From: Chitinophagales bacterium
GTDB taxonomy: Bacteria; Bacteroidota; Bacteroidia; Chitinophagales; Chitinophagaceae
Length of the DNA stretch: 64,000 nucleotides
Reading direction: 5' to 3'
NCBI GenBank assembly: GCA_017303395.1
Contig: JAFLBN010000011.1
Location: forward strand, 16,249-80,248
The notes below the pieces were generated by a model. That model saw nothing but the letters and a program-made list of their open reading frames with translations, was not told the DNA's origin and searched no databases. The position numbers and the translations under genes were made by a program. Positions 56,416 to 64,000 of the stretch are shown here, one piece after another; position 1 is the first letter of the stretch; each line of letters starts with the position of its first letter.

Positions 56416-56994
56416 TTATTCCCGCAATATTTCTTTTTGCCTGCCGATTGGTTTTGATAAAAGTTTGCGCAGGCCTGCATGCGTTATGTGTTGGCTTGGT
56501 GTATTGCTGACAGTGCTTGTTTCCGCTTCCTGTTTTTCGGGTTTGTTGGCAGATGGCTGTACGGTGTGTACTACGGTCATTTGTTTGGGGGTGGGGTAGT
56601 CGCCCGCAAGGCGGCTATCGAGGTCGATGGCTTTTAGCATCTGGTTGATGGATGGCTTTACCATCTGTGTACAGGTTTTGCAGTCCTTGCCTTTGTATTG
56701 CTGTTCTATATACACATTGCCCTCGGCTATGCGTGCCAGTATTTCGCGCTTGCGCTGCACAGTGAGTAGCTCTGCGGTGATGCGTTGTTTCACTTCCTGT
56801 TCGGCCTCGCTGCGCAGGCGTGCTTCTGCCTCTTCTATAGCGGTGGCTATTTCGGGATTTTTGAGCAGGCGGTTGGCAGCGCTTTCCATAGAGCGGTAAT
56901 TATTGCTCTTGCAATTGTATGCCAGTTTGTAGGCATGGGCGGGGTCGCCCCATTTCAGATACTCGGTTACGAACCGGTATTGTTTCAGGTTCAT
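56416..56994 (-). CDS. phage terminase small subunit-like protein (orphan)
   Basis: The N-terminus MNLKQYRFVTEYLKWGDPAHAYKLAYNCKSNNYRSMESAANRLLKNPEIATAIEE follows the Terminase_2 HTH pattern (KQ.RF..EYL.....AY..AGY.......A.RLL.NP.I...I). A coiled-coil middle follows. Confidence 0.6.
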   Translation of the reverse strand: MNLKQYRFVTEYLKWGDPAHAYKLAYNCKSNNYRSMESAANRLLKNPEIATAIEEAEARLRSEAEQEVKQRITAELLTVQRKREILARIAEGNVYIEQQYKGKDCKTCTQMVKPSINQMLKAIDLDSRLAGDYPTPKQMTVVHTVQPSANKPEKQEAETSTVSNTPSQHITHAGLRKLLSKPIGRQKEILRE

Positions 56995-57050
56995 TTGGAT
57001 AGGGTTTATTATTGCAAAAATACAATAATTATTTCATTTTTGTATAATCC

Positions 57051-57262
57051 GTCATTGCGAGGAACGAAGCAATCTTGTCATAACACAATTTCTCTGCGCG
57101 AGCACTTACTTTCTTTTGCTTGCCCAAAAGAAAGTAACAAAGAAAAGGGCCCCCTAAAACCAATGCTCCGCATGTTTTAGGGCTAGCTCTACGCTGTTAT
57201 TGTGGGGAATACGCATTGAGCGTGGTCAGTGCTGCGCACATGACGGCGCTATTGGGCTGCTG
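57051..57262 (+). repeat. ~215-bp intergenic repeat, copy A
   Basis: Near-identical to 63391-63605. Shared exact runs include TTACTTTCTTTTGCTTG, CCAAAAGAAAGTAACAAAGAAAA, CCCCCTAAAACCAATGCTCCGCATGTTTTAGGG and GGTCAGTGCTGCGCACATGACGG. Confidence 0.85.
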
Positions 57263-57300
57263 TATGTTTTTCTTGTGTTATTGAGATACTGCTTATCTGT

Positions 57301-57735
57301 TTAACCTGCAAGGTTGCTGAAGAAGTTAAAGCTATTGCCTTCTTCATACTCAGGTTTGTATGAAACTTTATCTTTTGTTATTGTGTACGGAACATAAACA
57401 TTGGTGCTGCCACCATCTATCATATCGAGGCGTATTTCTATGCAGTCGGTGTTCTCATTCGTATCATCGTCTGTTACTATTACATCCTGGCAGATACATA
57501 CTGCAATAAAATCGTATTCGGGGTGTAGTTCTTCAAACGTTTCTTCCAGCTCTTTCACTATTTCTTCATTCGTAACATCGTCATCTCCTTCATCATCGGG
57601 CATTACATCTACAAAGGTTTCATCTTCTCTGATAACGCCCACCGCAAACGGGAAGAACTCACCGTAGTCTTCCATTAGTTTGGCTGCAATTGTTTTACAG
57701 TCTTTAATCAGTTTGTTTTTGATGTATTCGCTCAT
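57301..57735 (-). CDS. hypothetical highly acidic protein
   Basis: 144 aa. By my count 37 Asp/Glu against 11 Lys/Arg (runs DDEGDDDVTNEE and TDDDTNENTD). No signal peptide and no recognised family. Confidence 0.5.
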   Translation of the reverse strand: MSEYIKNKLIKDCKTIAAKLMEDYGEFFPFAVGVIREDETFVDVMPDDEGDDDVTNEEIVKELEETFEELHPEYDFIAVCICQDVIVTDDDTNENTDCIEIRLDMIDGGSTNVYVPYTITKDKVSYKPEYEEGNSFNFFSNLAG

Positions 57736-57883
57736 GCTACGATTTGATGGTTAAAGGTACGATACTGTGTTTGAAGATAAACGATAGCGATATCAAGGAT
57801 GTCATTCCGACGAAAGGAGGAATCTCCTGAGAGTTAGTCGAACAGTAAGTACATTATACCTATCTCTAGTTAACAAATATAAC

Positions 57884-57910
57884 AAAAGGGGCTCATCGCC
57901 CCTTTTTTAT
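57884..57910. terminator. intrinsic terminator downstream of gpmI
   Basis: AAAAGGGGCTCATCGCCCCTTTTTTAT. Confidence 0.8.
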
Positions 57911-57913
57911 TCT

Positions 57914-59440
57914 TTAGTCTATCAGCACATTGCCGGTCATTTCATTTGGTATGGGTATGCCCATATAGTGTAGTATGGTTGGGGCTATATCGCCCAGCTT
58001 GCCGGGGCGCACTATGCCTTTGTAATCGTTGCTGATAACGAACAGCGGTACGGGGTTCAGCGTGTGGGCTGTGTTTACAGTGCCGTCTTCGTTTATCATA
58101 TAGTCGCTGTTGCCGTGGTCTGCCGTCAGGAATACGCAATAGCCATTTGCCAGTGCAGCAGGTACTATTTTCGATACACAGTTGTTTACTGTCTCCACCG
58201 CTTTTATGGCTGCTTCCCACACACCTGTATGGCCCACCATATCGGCATTGGCAAAGTTGAGGCAAATGAAATCTGCTGTTTGGTTTTCTATCTCGGGCAG
58301 TATAGCATCTGTCAGGTCTATGGCGCTCATCTGTGGTTTCAGATCATAGGTTGCCACGTCCTTTGGCGATGGTTTCAGTATTCTGCTTTCACCTTCAAAA
58401 GGATGCTCTCGCCCGCCGCTGAAGAAGAATGTAACGTGCGGATATTTTTCTGTTTCGGCAATGCGTATCTGTTTTTTACCATTGTAGGCCAGTACTTCGC
58501 CCAGTGTATTATTCAGGTTGTCGTTATAGAATATTACATCTACGTTTTGGTAGGTCTTGTCATATTCCGTCATGGTAACATAGTGCAATTGCAGCGGGTG
58601 CATATCCAGTTCGGGGAAATCCTGCTGTGTAAGCACCTGTGTTATTTCGCGGCAGCGGTCTGTGCGGAAGTTGAAGCATATCACCACATCGCCATCCTGT
58701 ATGGTGGCCAGCGGATTGCCGTCATTGTCTGTAGCAATGATGGGTTTGATAAACTCATCGGTAGTGCCTGCATTGTAAGATGCCTCTATGCTGCCCAGTA
58801 CGTCCTGCGTTTTTTCGCCAACGCCGTGTACCAATGCATCGTATGCCAGTTTCACACGCTCCCAACGGTGGTCGCGGTCCATAGCATAATATCTGCCGGT
58901 AACGGATGCGATGAAACCACCTGAGATAACCAGGTGTTGCTGCAGGTCCTTCAGATAGTCGTAGCCGCCTTTAGGGTCTGTATCGCGGCCATCGGTAAAT
59001 GCATGGATGGCAACGCGCTGCACATTGTGCTTGCTAGCCAGTGTGCATATTGCCTTCAGATGGTTGATGTGCGAGTGTACACCACCATCGCTCACCAGGC
59101 CTATCAGGTGCAGTGTCTTATTATTATACTTGGCACTGTCCAGTGCTTTCTGGAAAATCAGGTTGTTGGCAAGCTCGCCATCGCGAATGGCAACATTGAT
59201 ACGTTGCAGTTCCTGATACACAATACGGCCCGCACCCAGGTTCAGGTGGCCTACTTCGCTATTACCCATTTGTCCATCGGGCAGGCCAACGGCTTCGCCG
59301 CAGGTAATCAGCTCTGTATTAGGGTATTGGCTGTATAAAGACTTAACGAACGGAACGTTTGCGTTGGCTATGGCATCGGCAGCGGGTACCTGACCATGGC
59401 CCCAGCCGTCCATAATAATAAGCATTGCTTTCTTTGACAT
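57914..59440 (-). CDS. gpmI: 2,3-bisphosphoglycerate-independent phosphoglycerate mutase
   Basis: 508 aa. MLIIMDGWG, GNSEVGHLNLGAGR and LTADHGN are canonical iPGM blocks. Confidence 0.95.
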   Translation of the reverse strand: MSKKAMLIIMDGWGHGQVPAADAIANANVPFVKSLYSQYPNTELITCGEAVGLPDGQMGNSEVGHLNLGAGRIVYQELQRINVAIRDGELANNLIFQKALDSAKYNNKTLHLIGLVSDGGVHSHINHLKAICTLASKHNVQRVAIHAFTDGRDTDPKGGYDYLKDLQQHLVISGGFIASVTGRYYAMDRDHRWERVKLAYDALVHGVGEKTQDVLGSIEASYNAGTTDEFIKPIIATDNDGNPLATIQDGDVVICFNFRTDRCREITQVLTQQDFPELDMHPLQLHYVTMTEYDKTYQNVDVIFYNDNLNNTLGEVLAYNGKKQIRIAETEKYPHVTFFFSGGREHPFEGESRILKPSPKDVATYDLKPQMSAIDLTDAILPEIENQTADFICLNFANADMVGHTGVWEAAIKAVETVNNCVSKIVPAALANGYCVFLTADHGNSDYMINEDGTVNTAHTLNPVPLFVISNDYKGIVRPGKLGDIAPTILHYMGIPIPNEMTGNVLID

Positions 59441-59711
59441 GGGCGCAAAATTACTGAAAATCCACAGGCGGTTATTTCCCGTATTATGATATGTATCAGC
59501 TTTATTAGCTAATAATTACAACAAGTGATGATCTTTTACATTTGTGATTATATACAAAAATTAATTGCTATGACGATAAAATAATTGTTGACATTTAATA
59601 GCGTTTTACCTAACTTTAAAGACTTTTTAACCCAAAGGTTAAAATTTTAACAAGTTTGGCAGGTTTTTTGATGTGGATAACTTGTTATACAGGACTTGAA
59701 GCAGTTTGCCG

Positions 59712-60104
59712 ATGAAGAAATTTTACAAACGAACGATACTTACCATACTGTCCTCTTTCATAATGCTTGCTGTAGCCAATGCGCAGGCGCTTGAGGACGT
59801 GACTAATGGTATCCGCAGTGGAAACATCACTACGGTGGCTAAGTATTTAGATAATACGGTTTCCATTACAATCAGCAATAATCAATCTATCTACAGCAAG
59901 GCACAGGCAGAAATTGTACTGAAAGATTTCTTTGCTAAAAACCAGGTGAAAGATTTTATTGTGAAACAGGGTGGCCCATCGGGGCAGAATGCAAAATATG
60001 CTGTAGGAACTTTACAGACATCTAATGGTACCTACCAGATATACCTGGTACTGAAACAAAAAGACGATAGTTACGTGCTGCGCGAAATGCGGTTTGAAAA
60101 ATAA
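59712..60104 (+). CDS. DUF4783 domain-containing protein
   Basis: 130 aa from MKKFYKRTILTILSSFIMLAVANA (signal peptide). The SnoaL-like small-protein pattern resembles DUF4783. Confidence 0.55.
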   Translation: MKKFYKRTILTILSSFIMLAVANAQALEDVTNGIRSGNITTVAKYLDNTVSITISNNQSIYSKAQAEIVLKDFFAKNQVKDFIVKQGGPSGQNAKYAVGTLQTSNGTYQIYLVLKQKDDSYVLREMRFEK

Positions 60105-60112
60105 AGAAATTG

Positions 60113-60145
60113 AAAGCGCCCCTGTAAAGGGGCGCTTTTGTTTTG
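60113..60145 (+). terminator. intrinsic terminator
   Basis: AAAGCGCCCCTGTAAAGGGGCGCTTTTGTTTT. Confidence 0.85.
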
Positions 60146-60155
60146 AGCACTACCT

Positions 60156-60184
60156 GAAAAAACACCCACCATTACAGTGGGCGT
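60156..60184 (-). terminator. probable intrinsic terminator of the FN3/T9SS gene
   Basis: The minus strand reads CGCCCACTGTAATGGTGGGTGTTTTTTC. Confidence 0.6.
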
Positions 60185-60206
60185 TTTCTTGCACCTATGA
60201 TTACCC

Positions 60207-61868
60207 CTATTGCTTTATAAATCTGCTGCTAAATACTTGATCGGTATTGATTGCTTTTATGATATAGTGACCCGGTTGCAGGTCGGCAACATCAATGCTG
60301 CGTGTGTTGCTGTTCAGTTCAAAGCTTTTTACGTCTCTGCCCGTAAGGTCTGTTACAACTACTCTGTAGCTGCCTGTAGCATTAGCTATGTTCAGGTATA
60401 GTATGTCTTTTACAGGATTCGGGTGCAGGGAGATTGCCCCCTGTGTGGTTTCTATACTATTAACACTAAGCGTAGTTGTGCTGAATGCAATATCTGCCCA
60501 CGGAGACATAGTTGGTATGTTATCATCCATACAATAGCTTCTGCAATGCAGGAAATATTGCGTGGCAGGTTGCAGTGTAGTAAGTTGTACACTGCTTGAT
60601 TTTACCGGCGTTCCGAAATTAGGTACATCTGAGCTGAGTGAATATGCATACTCATACTTCTGCCCGGTCATTACGGTATCCCAATGTATGATGGCTGTAT
60701 TTTTGTTGATGATTTGTGCACCCAATGCAGGCGATTTGCACGCATATATTGTTCTGAAAGAATCCAATGACCATGTTGAGCTATCGTTGCCGGGGCATAA
60801 AGACCTGATGTGTACATAGTATTTTGTATTCTCTCTCAGCCCCGTAATGTTTGCAAAAGTATCTGTGGTGTTTGTAGCGAGCGATATCTCTGAAGATAGC
60901 GGTGTGGCACGCGTCTGGTCTATCAGGTATTGATATCTTGTGGCATTGGCAAGCCTGTTCCAACGGATGTCTGCAGTGTTGGAGTCGATACGAGTTACTT
61001 TAATGTTTTTAGGAATGATACATGCAGGCAGCGTGCGGAAAGACAATGTATCCCAGAAAGAGAATGTGGTAGCAGAACATCTGGTACGCACCAGCAGGAA
61101 ATATCTGGTATCGGGAGTGAGGCCTGTAACTGTAGCGCTTGTATTGTTTGTATTCAGCCAGCCGCTGGTAGGCCAGTTGGGCGATGTAGATACTGCATAG
61201 TCGTAGCTGGCAGCACCTGTTACAGCACCCCAGCGTACTGTGGCGATGGTTGAATTGATAAATGATGGCGTTTGTGGAACTGTTCTTGCACATGCGTGTA
61301 TAGGGTAAGCATCCATACCAAAGTCTGCAATACCAGCGCCGGCAGAACCAGAAGTTGCTACTACGGTGCCAAACAGCCTGCGGTTACCACCAGAGTTATT
61401 TTGCCTCACGGTAAAGCCACCTGTATAACCTGTTTGCGAAACCTCTACTATAATGTTTTGCGTACCGTTGTAGGTAAATGGATTTTGCAGGGTAAACTCT
61501 ACCCACCCGCCCGAAACGATTGATGTGATGGTGTGTGATGTAGCAGAGAATACGGTTGTAAGCCCTGTTACAAATGGCCCACTGGTAAAAGTATTGAGTG
61601 TAGTATGCCCCATGCGTATGGTGAGGTTTGTGTAGGTAGCACTACCAATATTTGTACCGCTACGTAAGTAGATTTTTGATATCAGCTGGCTGCCTGTTGG
61701 CAGGCCTGCAAAATCTGACCGGTAGTACACCCACTGTACCCTGTTTGTAGCACTCATCAATGGAATGGTATTGGAAGATGTACCTCCTGATAAGAAAAAC
61801 TGAGGGGTTTGAGCGTTGGTAGTATTGGCAAACAATACTAAGAGCAATAAGAGGACAAATCTGTTCAT
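60207..61868 (-). CDS. secreted protein with three fibronectin type III-like repeats and a T9SS C-terminal sorting domain
   Basis: 553 aa with a signal peptide. Three repeats each begin at a Cys and carry W..V.GA..Y.Y and T..GL.P.T.Y motifs. The C-terminus is HPNPVKDILYLNI...PGHYIIKA. Confidence 0.7.
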   Translation of the reverse strand: MNRFVLLLLLVLFANTTNAQTPQFFLSGGTSSNTIPLMSATNRVQWVYYRSDFAGLPTGSQLISKIYLRSGTNIGSATYTNLTIRMGHTTLNTFTSGPFVTGLTTVFSATSHTITSIVSGGWVEFTLQNPFTYNGTQNIIVEVSQTGYTGGFTVRQNNSGGNRRLFGTVVATSGSAGAGIADFGMDAYPIHACARTVPQTPSFINSTIATVRWGAVTGAASYDYAVSTSPNWPTSGWLNTNNTSATVTGLTPDTRYFLLVRTRCSATTFSFWDTLSFRTLPACIIPKNIKVTRIDSNTADIRWNRLANATRYQYLIDQTRATPLSSEISLATNTTDTFANITGLRENTKYYVHIRSLCPGNDSSTWSLDSFRTIYACKSPALGAQIINKNTAIIHWDTVMTGQKYEYAYSLSSDVPNFGTPVKSSSVQLTTLQPATQYFLHCRSYCMDDNIPTMSPWADIAFSTTTLSVNSIETTQGAISLHPNPVKDILYLNIANATGSYRVVVTDLTGRDVKSFELNSNTRSIDVADLQPGHYIIKAINTDQVFSSRFIKQ

Positions 61869-62032
61869 AATAATTAGTTTTACAACTTCATATAATAGTA
61901 ATACTATCTTCTATAAACGCAATATTACTATGAGTGTTATTGAAAACGAATTAAATAAGCATTAAAAAATAGCAACAGGTGTTGTATAAGGTTTTTTTCA
62001 ATTAGAAAAAACTATGAATAGGTAGCAGGCTC

Positions 62033-62062
62033 AAAGCAAAACGCTCCTGTTTACAGGAGCAT
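62033..62062 (-). terminator. intrinsic terminator
   Basis: The minus strand reads AAATGCTCCTGTAAACAGGAGCGTTTTGCTTTG. Confidence 0.7.
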
Positions 62063-62087
62063 TTATTAATAGTTATATATCGGGTTT

Positions 62088-62306
62088 TTATTGTTGATAA
62101 TGCCTGAAACGAAATAAGAGATAGAGTATCACCCCGAACTGAAACAGAATAAAAGCAGTAAGCAAAAACAGGTGTTGGTAACATAGTACTGTTATCCTGC
62201 TGTTTGCAACATCGGCTATCTCGTACTTCACATCTGCAAACATGGCGGGTATCAGGAAAAAGAACACTAGCAACAGTGAGCCATTTGCAATCAGTAGTTT
62301 TTTCAT
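62088..62306 (-). CDS. hypothetical small membrane protein (2 TM)
   Basis: 72-aa hydrophobic ORF, 11 nt downstream of the XRE/pentapeptide gene on the same strand. Confidence 0.45.
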   Translation of the reverse strand: MKKLLIANGSLLLVFFFLIPAMFADVKYEIADVANSRITVLCYQHLFLLTAFILFQFGVILYLLFRFRHYQQ

Positions 62307-62317
62307 GGTTTGCAGAG

Positions 62318-63229
62318 TTATAAGATGGCTACGTTCGATAGGTCTGCACCCAAACCTTTGAGGGAGGCATAAGTAAGCTTATCCATCATTGCACCATCGA
62401 AGCTGATGGTTTTGAGAGCGCGGTAGTATCTGTTGGTAATGGCATAGGTAGAACGGAATGATACATTTTTGAGTGTTGCACCCTTGAACGTGGCATCGTT
62501 GAGCGCACCGTTGTGAAACTTGACACCGATGAATGTTTGCCCGTCGAAGCAAACACCTCGTAGATCGGAGTAATTGAAATCTACGCCTTCAAACACACAG
62601 TTTTCAAATCGTGTTTTGGTAAGGTCGCTTTTCGTCAGTTTCACATCTACCAGTTTTGTATTGGCAAACTTTGCATTGTACAAACCCAGCTTGCTGAACT
62701 CTGTACGCACAAGTATGGTTTTATTGAAGCTGGCACCTGTCAGGTCCATAGCCGATAGCACACAGTCTGTAAGGTTTGCGCCATCAAAATTGGCATCGCT
62801 CACATCGCTGCCTTTGAAGGAACTGCCCGTAAGGTCTGCACCGGAAAAGTCGGAGCCACGCAGTGCACTGCCATTAAACTTTCTTTTTTGTGCAACGACA
62901 CCTGCAAAATCGCTATCTACCAGATTGCTGCCATTGAAGTTATTAATCAGTGGTTGTTCGGCAGTAGCGGAACTTCCAGTTTCTTCTCTTTGTATTTGTT
63001 CATTATCCGATGTACCGACAGACGGGAAATTTTCGGAGAAGTAATTAAGGTCTACCCCCAGTATCTCTGCCAGACGGTTGATGGTAATAATATCCGGAAT
63101 AGATTCTCCACGTTCCCATTTGCCGACTGCCTGCGGACTGATGAACATAAGCTGTGCCAGTTGCGCCTGCGACATGTTTATCTCTTTTCTTGCTTTGGCA
63201 ATTTTGCTGCCTATCATATTCGTATCCAT
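62318..63229 (-). CDS. XRE-family HTH domain fused to a pentapeptide-repeat domain
   Basis: N-terminus IGSKIAKARKEINMSQAQLAQLMFISPQAVGKWERGESIP (HTH_3). After an acidic linker there are about 200 aa of A(D/N)LXX-type repeats (SDFSGADLTGSSFKGSDVSDANFDGANLTDCVL...). Confidence 0.75.
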   Translation of the reverse strand: MDTNMIGSKIAKARKEINMSQAQLAQLMFISPQAVGKWERGESIPDIITINRLAEILGVDLNYFSENFPSVGTSDNEQIQREETGSSATAEQPLINNFNGSNLVDSDFAGVVAQKRKFNGSALRGSDFSGADLTGSSFKGSDVSDANFDGANLTDCVLSAMDLTGASFNKTILVRTEFSKLGLYNAKFANTKLVDVKLTKSDLTKTRFENCVFEGVDFNYSDLRGVCFDGQTFIGVKFHNGALNDATFKGATLKNVSFRSTYAITNRYYRALKTISFDGAMMDKLTYASLKGLGADLSNVAIL

Positions 63230-63390
63230 AAAAACGTCTTTATTTTTTCGACAAGGCAAAGGTATTACGGCCTGCAGGCGGATACTGCAAAATAACGACT
63301 CCCCTTAGTTGTATACGTACTACTTGCAGTTGTTTTTTGACAACTGTGGGTTGTAATGGCGGGATTTGTGATTTGGAGTGTGTTCTTCCA

Positions 63391-63605
63391 GTGTTATTAC
63401 GAGGAACGAAGCAATCTAATCATAACGCAATTTCTCTCTTCGCGAGTATTACTTTCTTTTGCTTGTCCAAAAGAAAGTAACAAAGAAAAAGACCCCCTAA
63501 AACCAATGCTCCGCATGTTTTAGGGTTAGCTATACGCTGTTATTTTGGGGAATACACATTAGGCGAGGTCAGTGCTGCGCACATGACGGTGCTATGAAGC
63601 TGTTG
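63391..63605 (+). repeat. ~215-bp intergenic repeat, copy B
   Basis: Collinear and near-identical to 57051-57262 in the same orientation. Confidence 0.85.
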
Positions 63606-63751
63606 AGGTTTTGTCATCATTCCAAATTAAGGATCTATTAAACAACGGTACTACTAATTATACAAATCCTTCCTCTTCGCGCCATATTACGTTCTGACTG
63701 ACTAGATAGTAAATGAATATTTGTGAATAATACTAATGATACGCATTTATA

Positions 63752-64000
63752 TCACTTCTGATATACAAGCCTGAAATTGTAAATAATATTACCCACTGTG
63801 ATAAAACGAGCAACATATACACCTGCGTATAGCTTATCAGGTAAGCTAATGCTATTCTTACCTTTTTCTATTATAAAATCACCTACAAGTCTGGCATCTG
63901 TACTATAGATGAGAAGTTTTCCCTCTGTTTCACTGTTGACAGTGATTTGTCCATAAGTAGGATTAGGGTATATCTGCAAAGCTTCTTGTTGTTTTGGTAA
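63752..64000 (-). CDS. C-terminal end of a T9SS-sorted secreted protein (gene runs off the right edge)
   Basis: The frame stays open to position 64000. The tail YPNPTYGQITVNSETEGKLLIYSTDARLV...GVYVARF is a T9SS C-terminal domain. Confidence 0.65.
   Translation of the reverse strand, partial: LPKQQEALQIYPNPTYGQITVNSETEGKLLIYSTDARLVGDFIIEKGKNSISLPDKLYAGVYVARFITVGNIIYNFRLVYQK

Noticed and set aside
56785-57180. A 131-aa plus-strand ORF reading through the TerS-like gene in antisense and into repeat copy A (…SLRGTKQSCHNTISLREHLLSF…).
   Set aside because: One half is antisense to a better-supported gene and the other half is repeat DNA. The same repeat at 63.4 kb carries no equivalent ORF.
41381-57262. 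The idea that recombination between inverted repeat copies C and A inverted the intervening 15.6 kb and thereby split carB.
   Set aside because: Re-inverting that segment would put the carB C-half on the plus strand, but still several kb from the N-half and behind other genes. It does not restore a contiguous gene. The N-half also has its own stop and terminator, and the C-half has its own start.

Overview
The window looks like a chromosomal segment of a Bacteroidota genome, probably a Chitinophagia or Sphingobacteriia-like lineage. The evidence is several T9SS C-terminal sorting domains, TAnnTTTG-type -7 promoter boxes, and Bacteroidota-typical DUF families. It is gene-dense, with about 62 CDS, mostly housekeeping: corA, cyclophilin, hom plus a trans-sulfuration enzyme behind a SAM-I riboswitch, lpxH, clpP, yidC, ychF, plsC, murI, gyrB, mreBCD and gpmI. 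I saw no rRNA, tRNA, CRISPR array, transposase or integrase.

The items most worth a second look:
1. carB, the carbamoyl-phosphate synthase large subunit gene, is split at its inter-domain linker into two intact genes 9.5 kb apart on opposite strands.
2. The C-terminal carB half sits inside a tight 8-gene minus-strand run. That run is headed by an SxtI/SxtJ/DUF5989-type carbamoyltransferase module and ends with a TonB-dependent receptor.
3. A complete cyanophycin module (cphA, cphB, isoaspartyl peptidase) is bracketed by an identical 22-nt hairpin.
4. A repeat of about 215 bp is present in three copies. Its hairpins are kept by compensatory changes, and it is flanked by a 24-nt palindromic motif.
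5. Period-7 and period-8 stop-codon ladders lie immediately 3' of several genes.
6. One protein fuses an AmgK-like sugar kinase to a RapZ C-terminal domain.
7. An orphan terminase-small-subunit-like gene sits next to a low-GC gene.
8. One protein fuses an XRE helix-turn-helix to pentapeptide repeats.

All calls come from reading the ORF translations and the raw sequence by eye. No database search was run.
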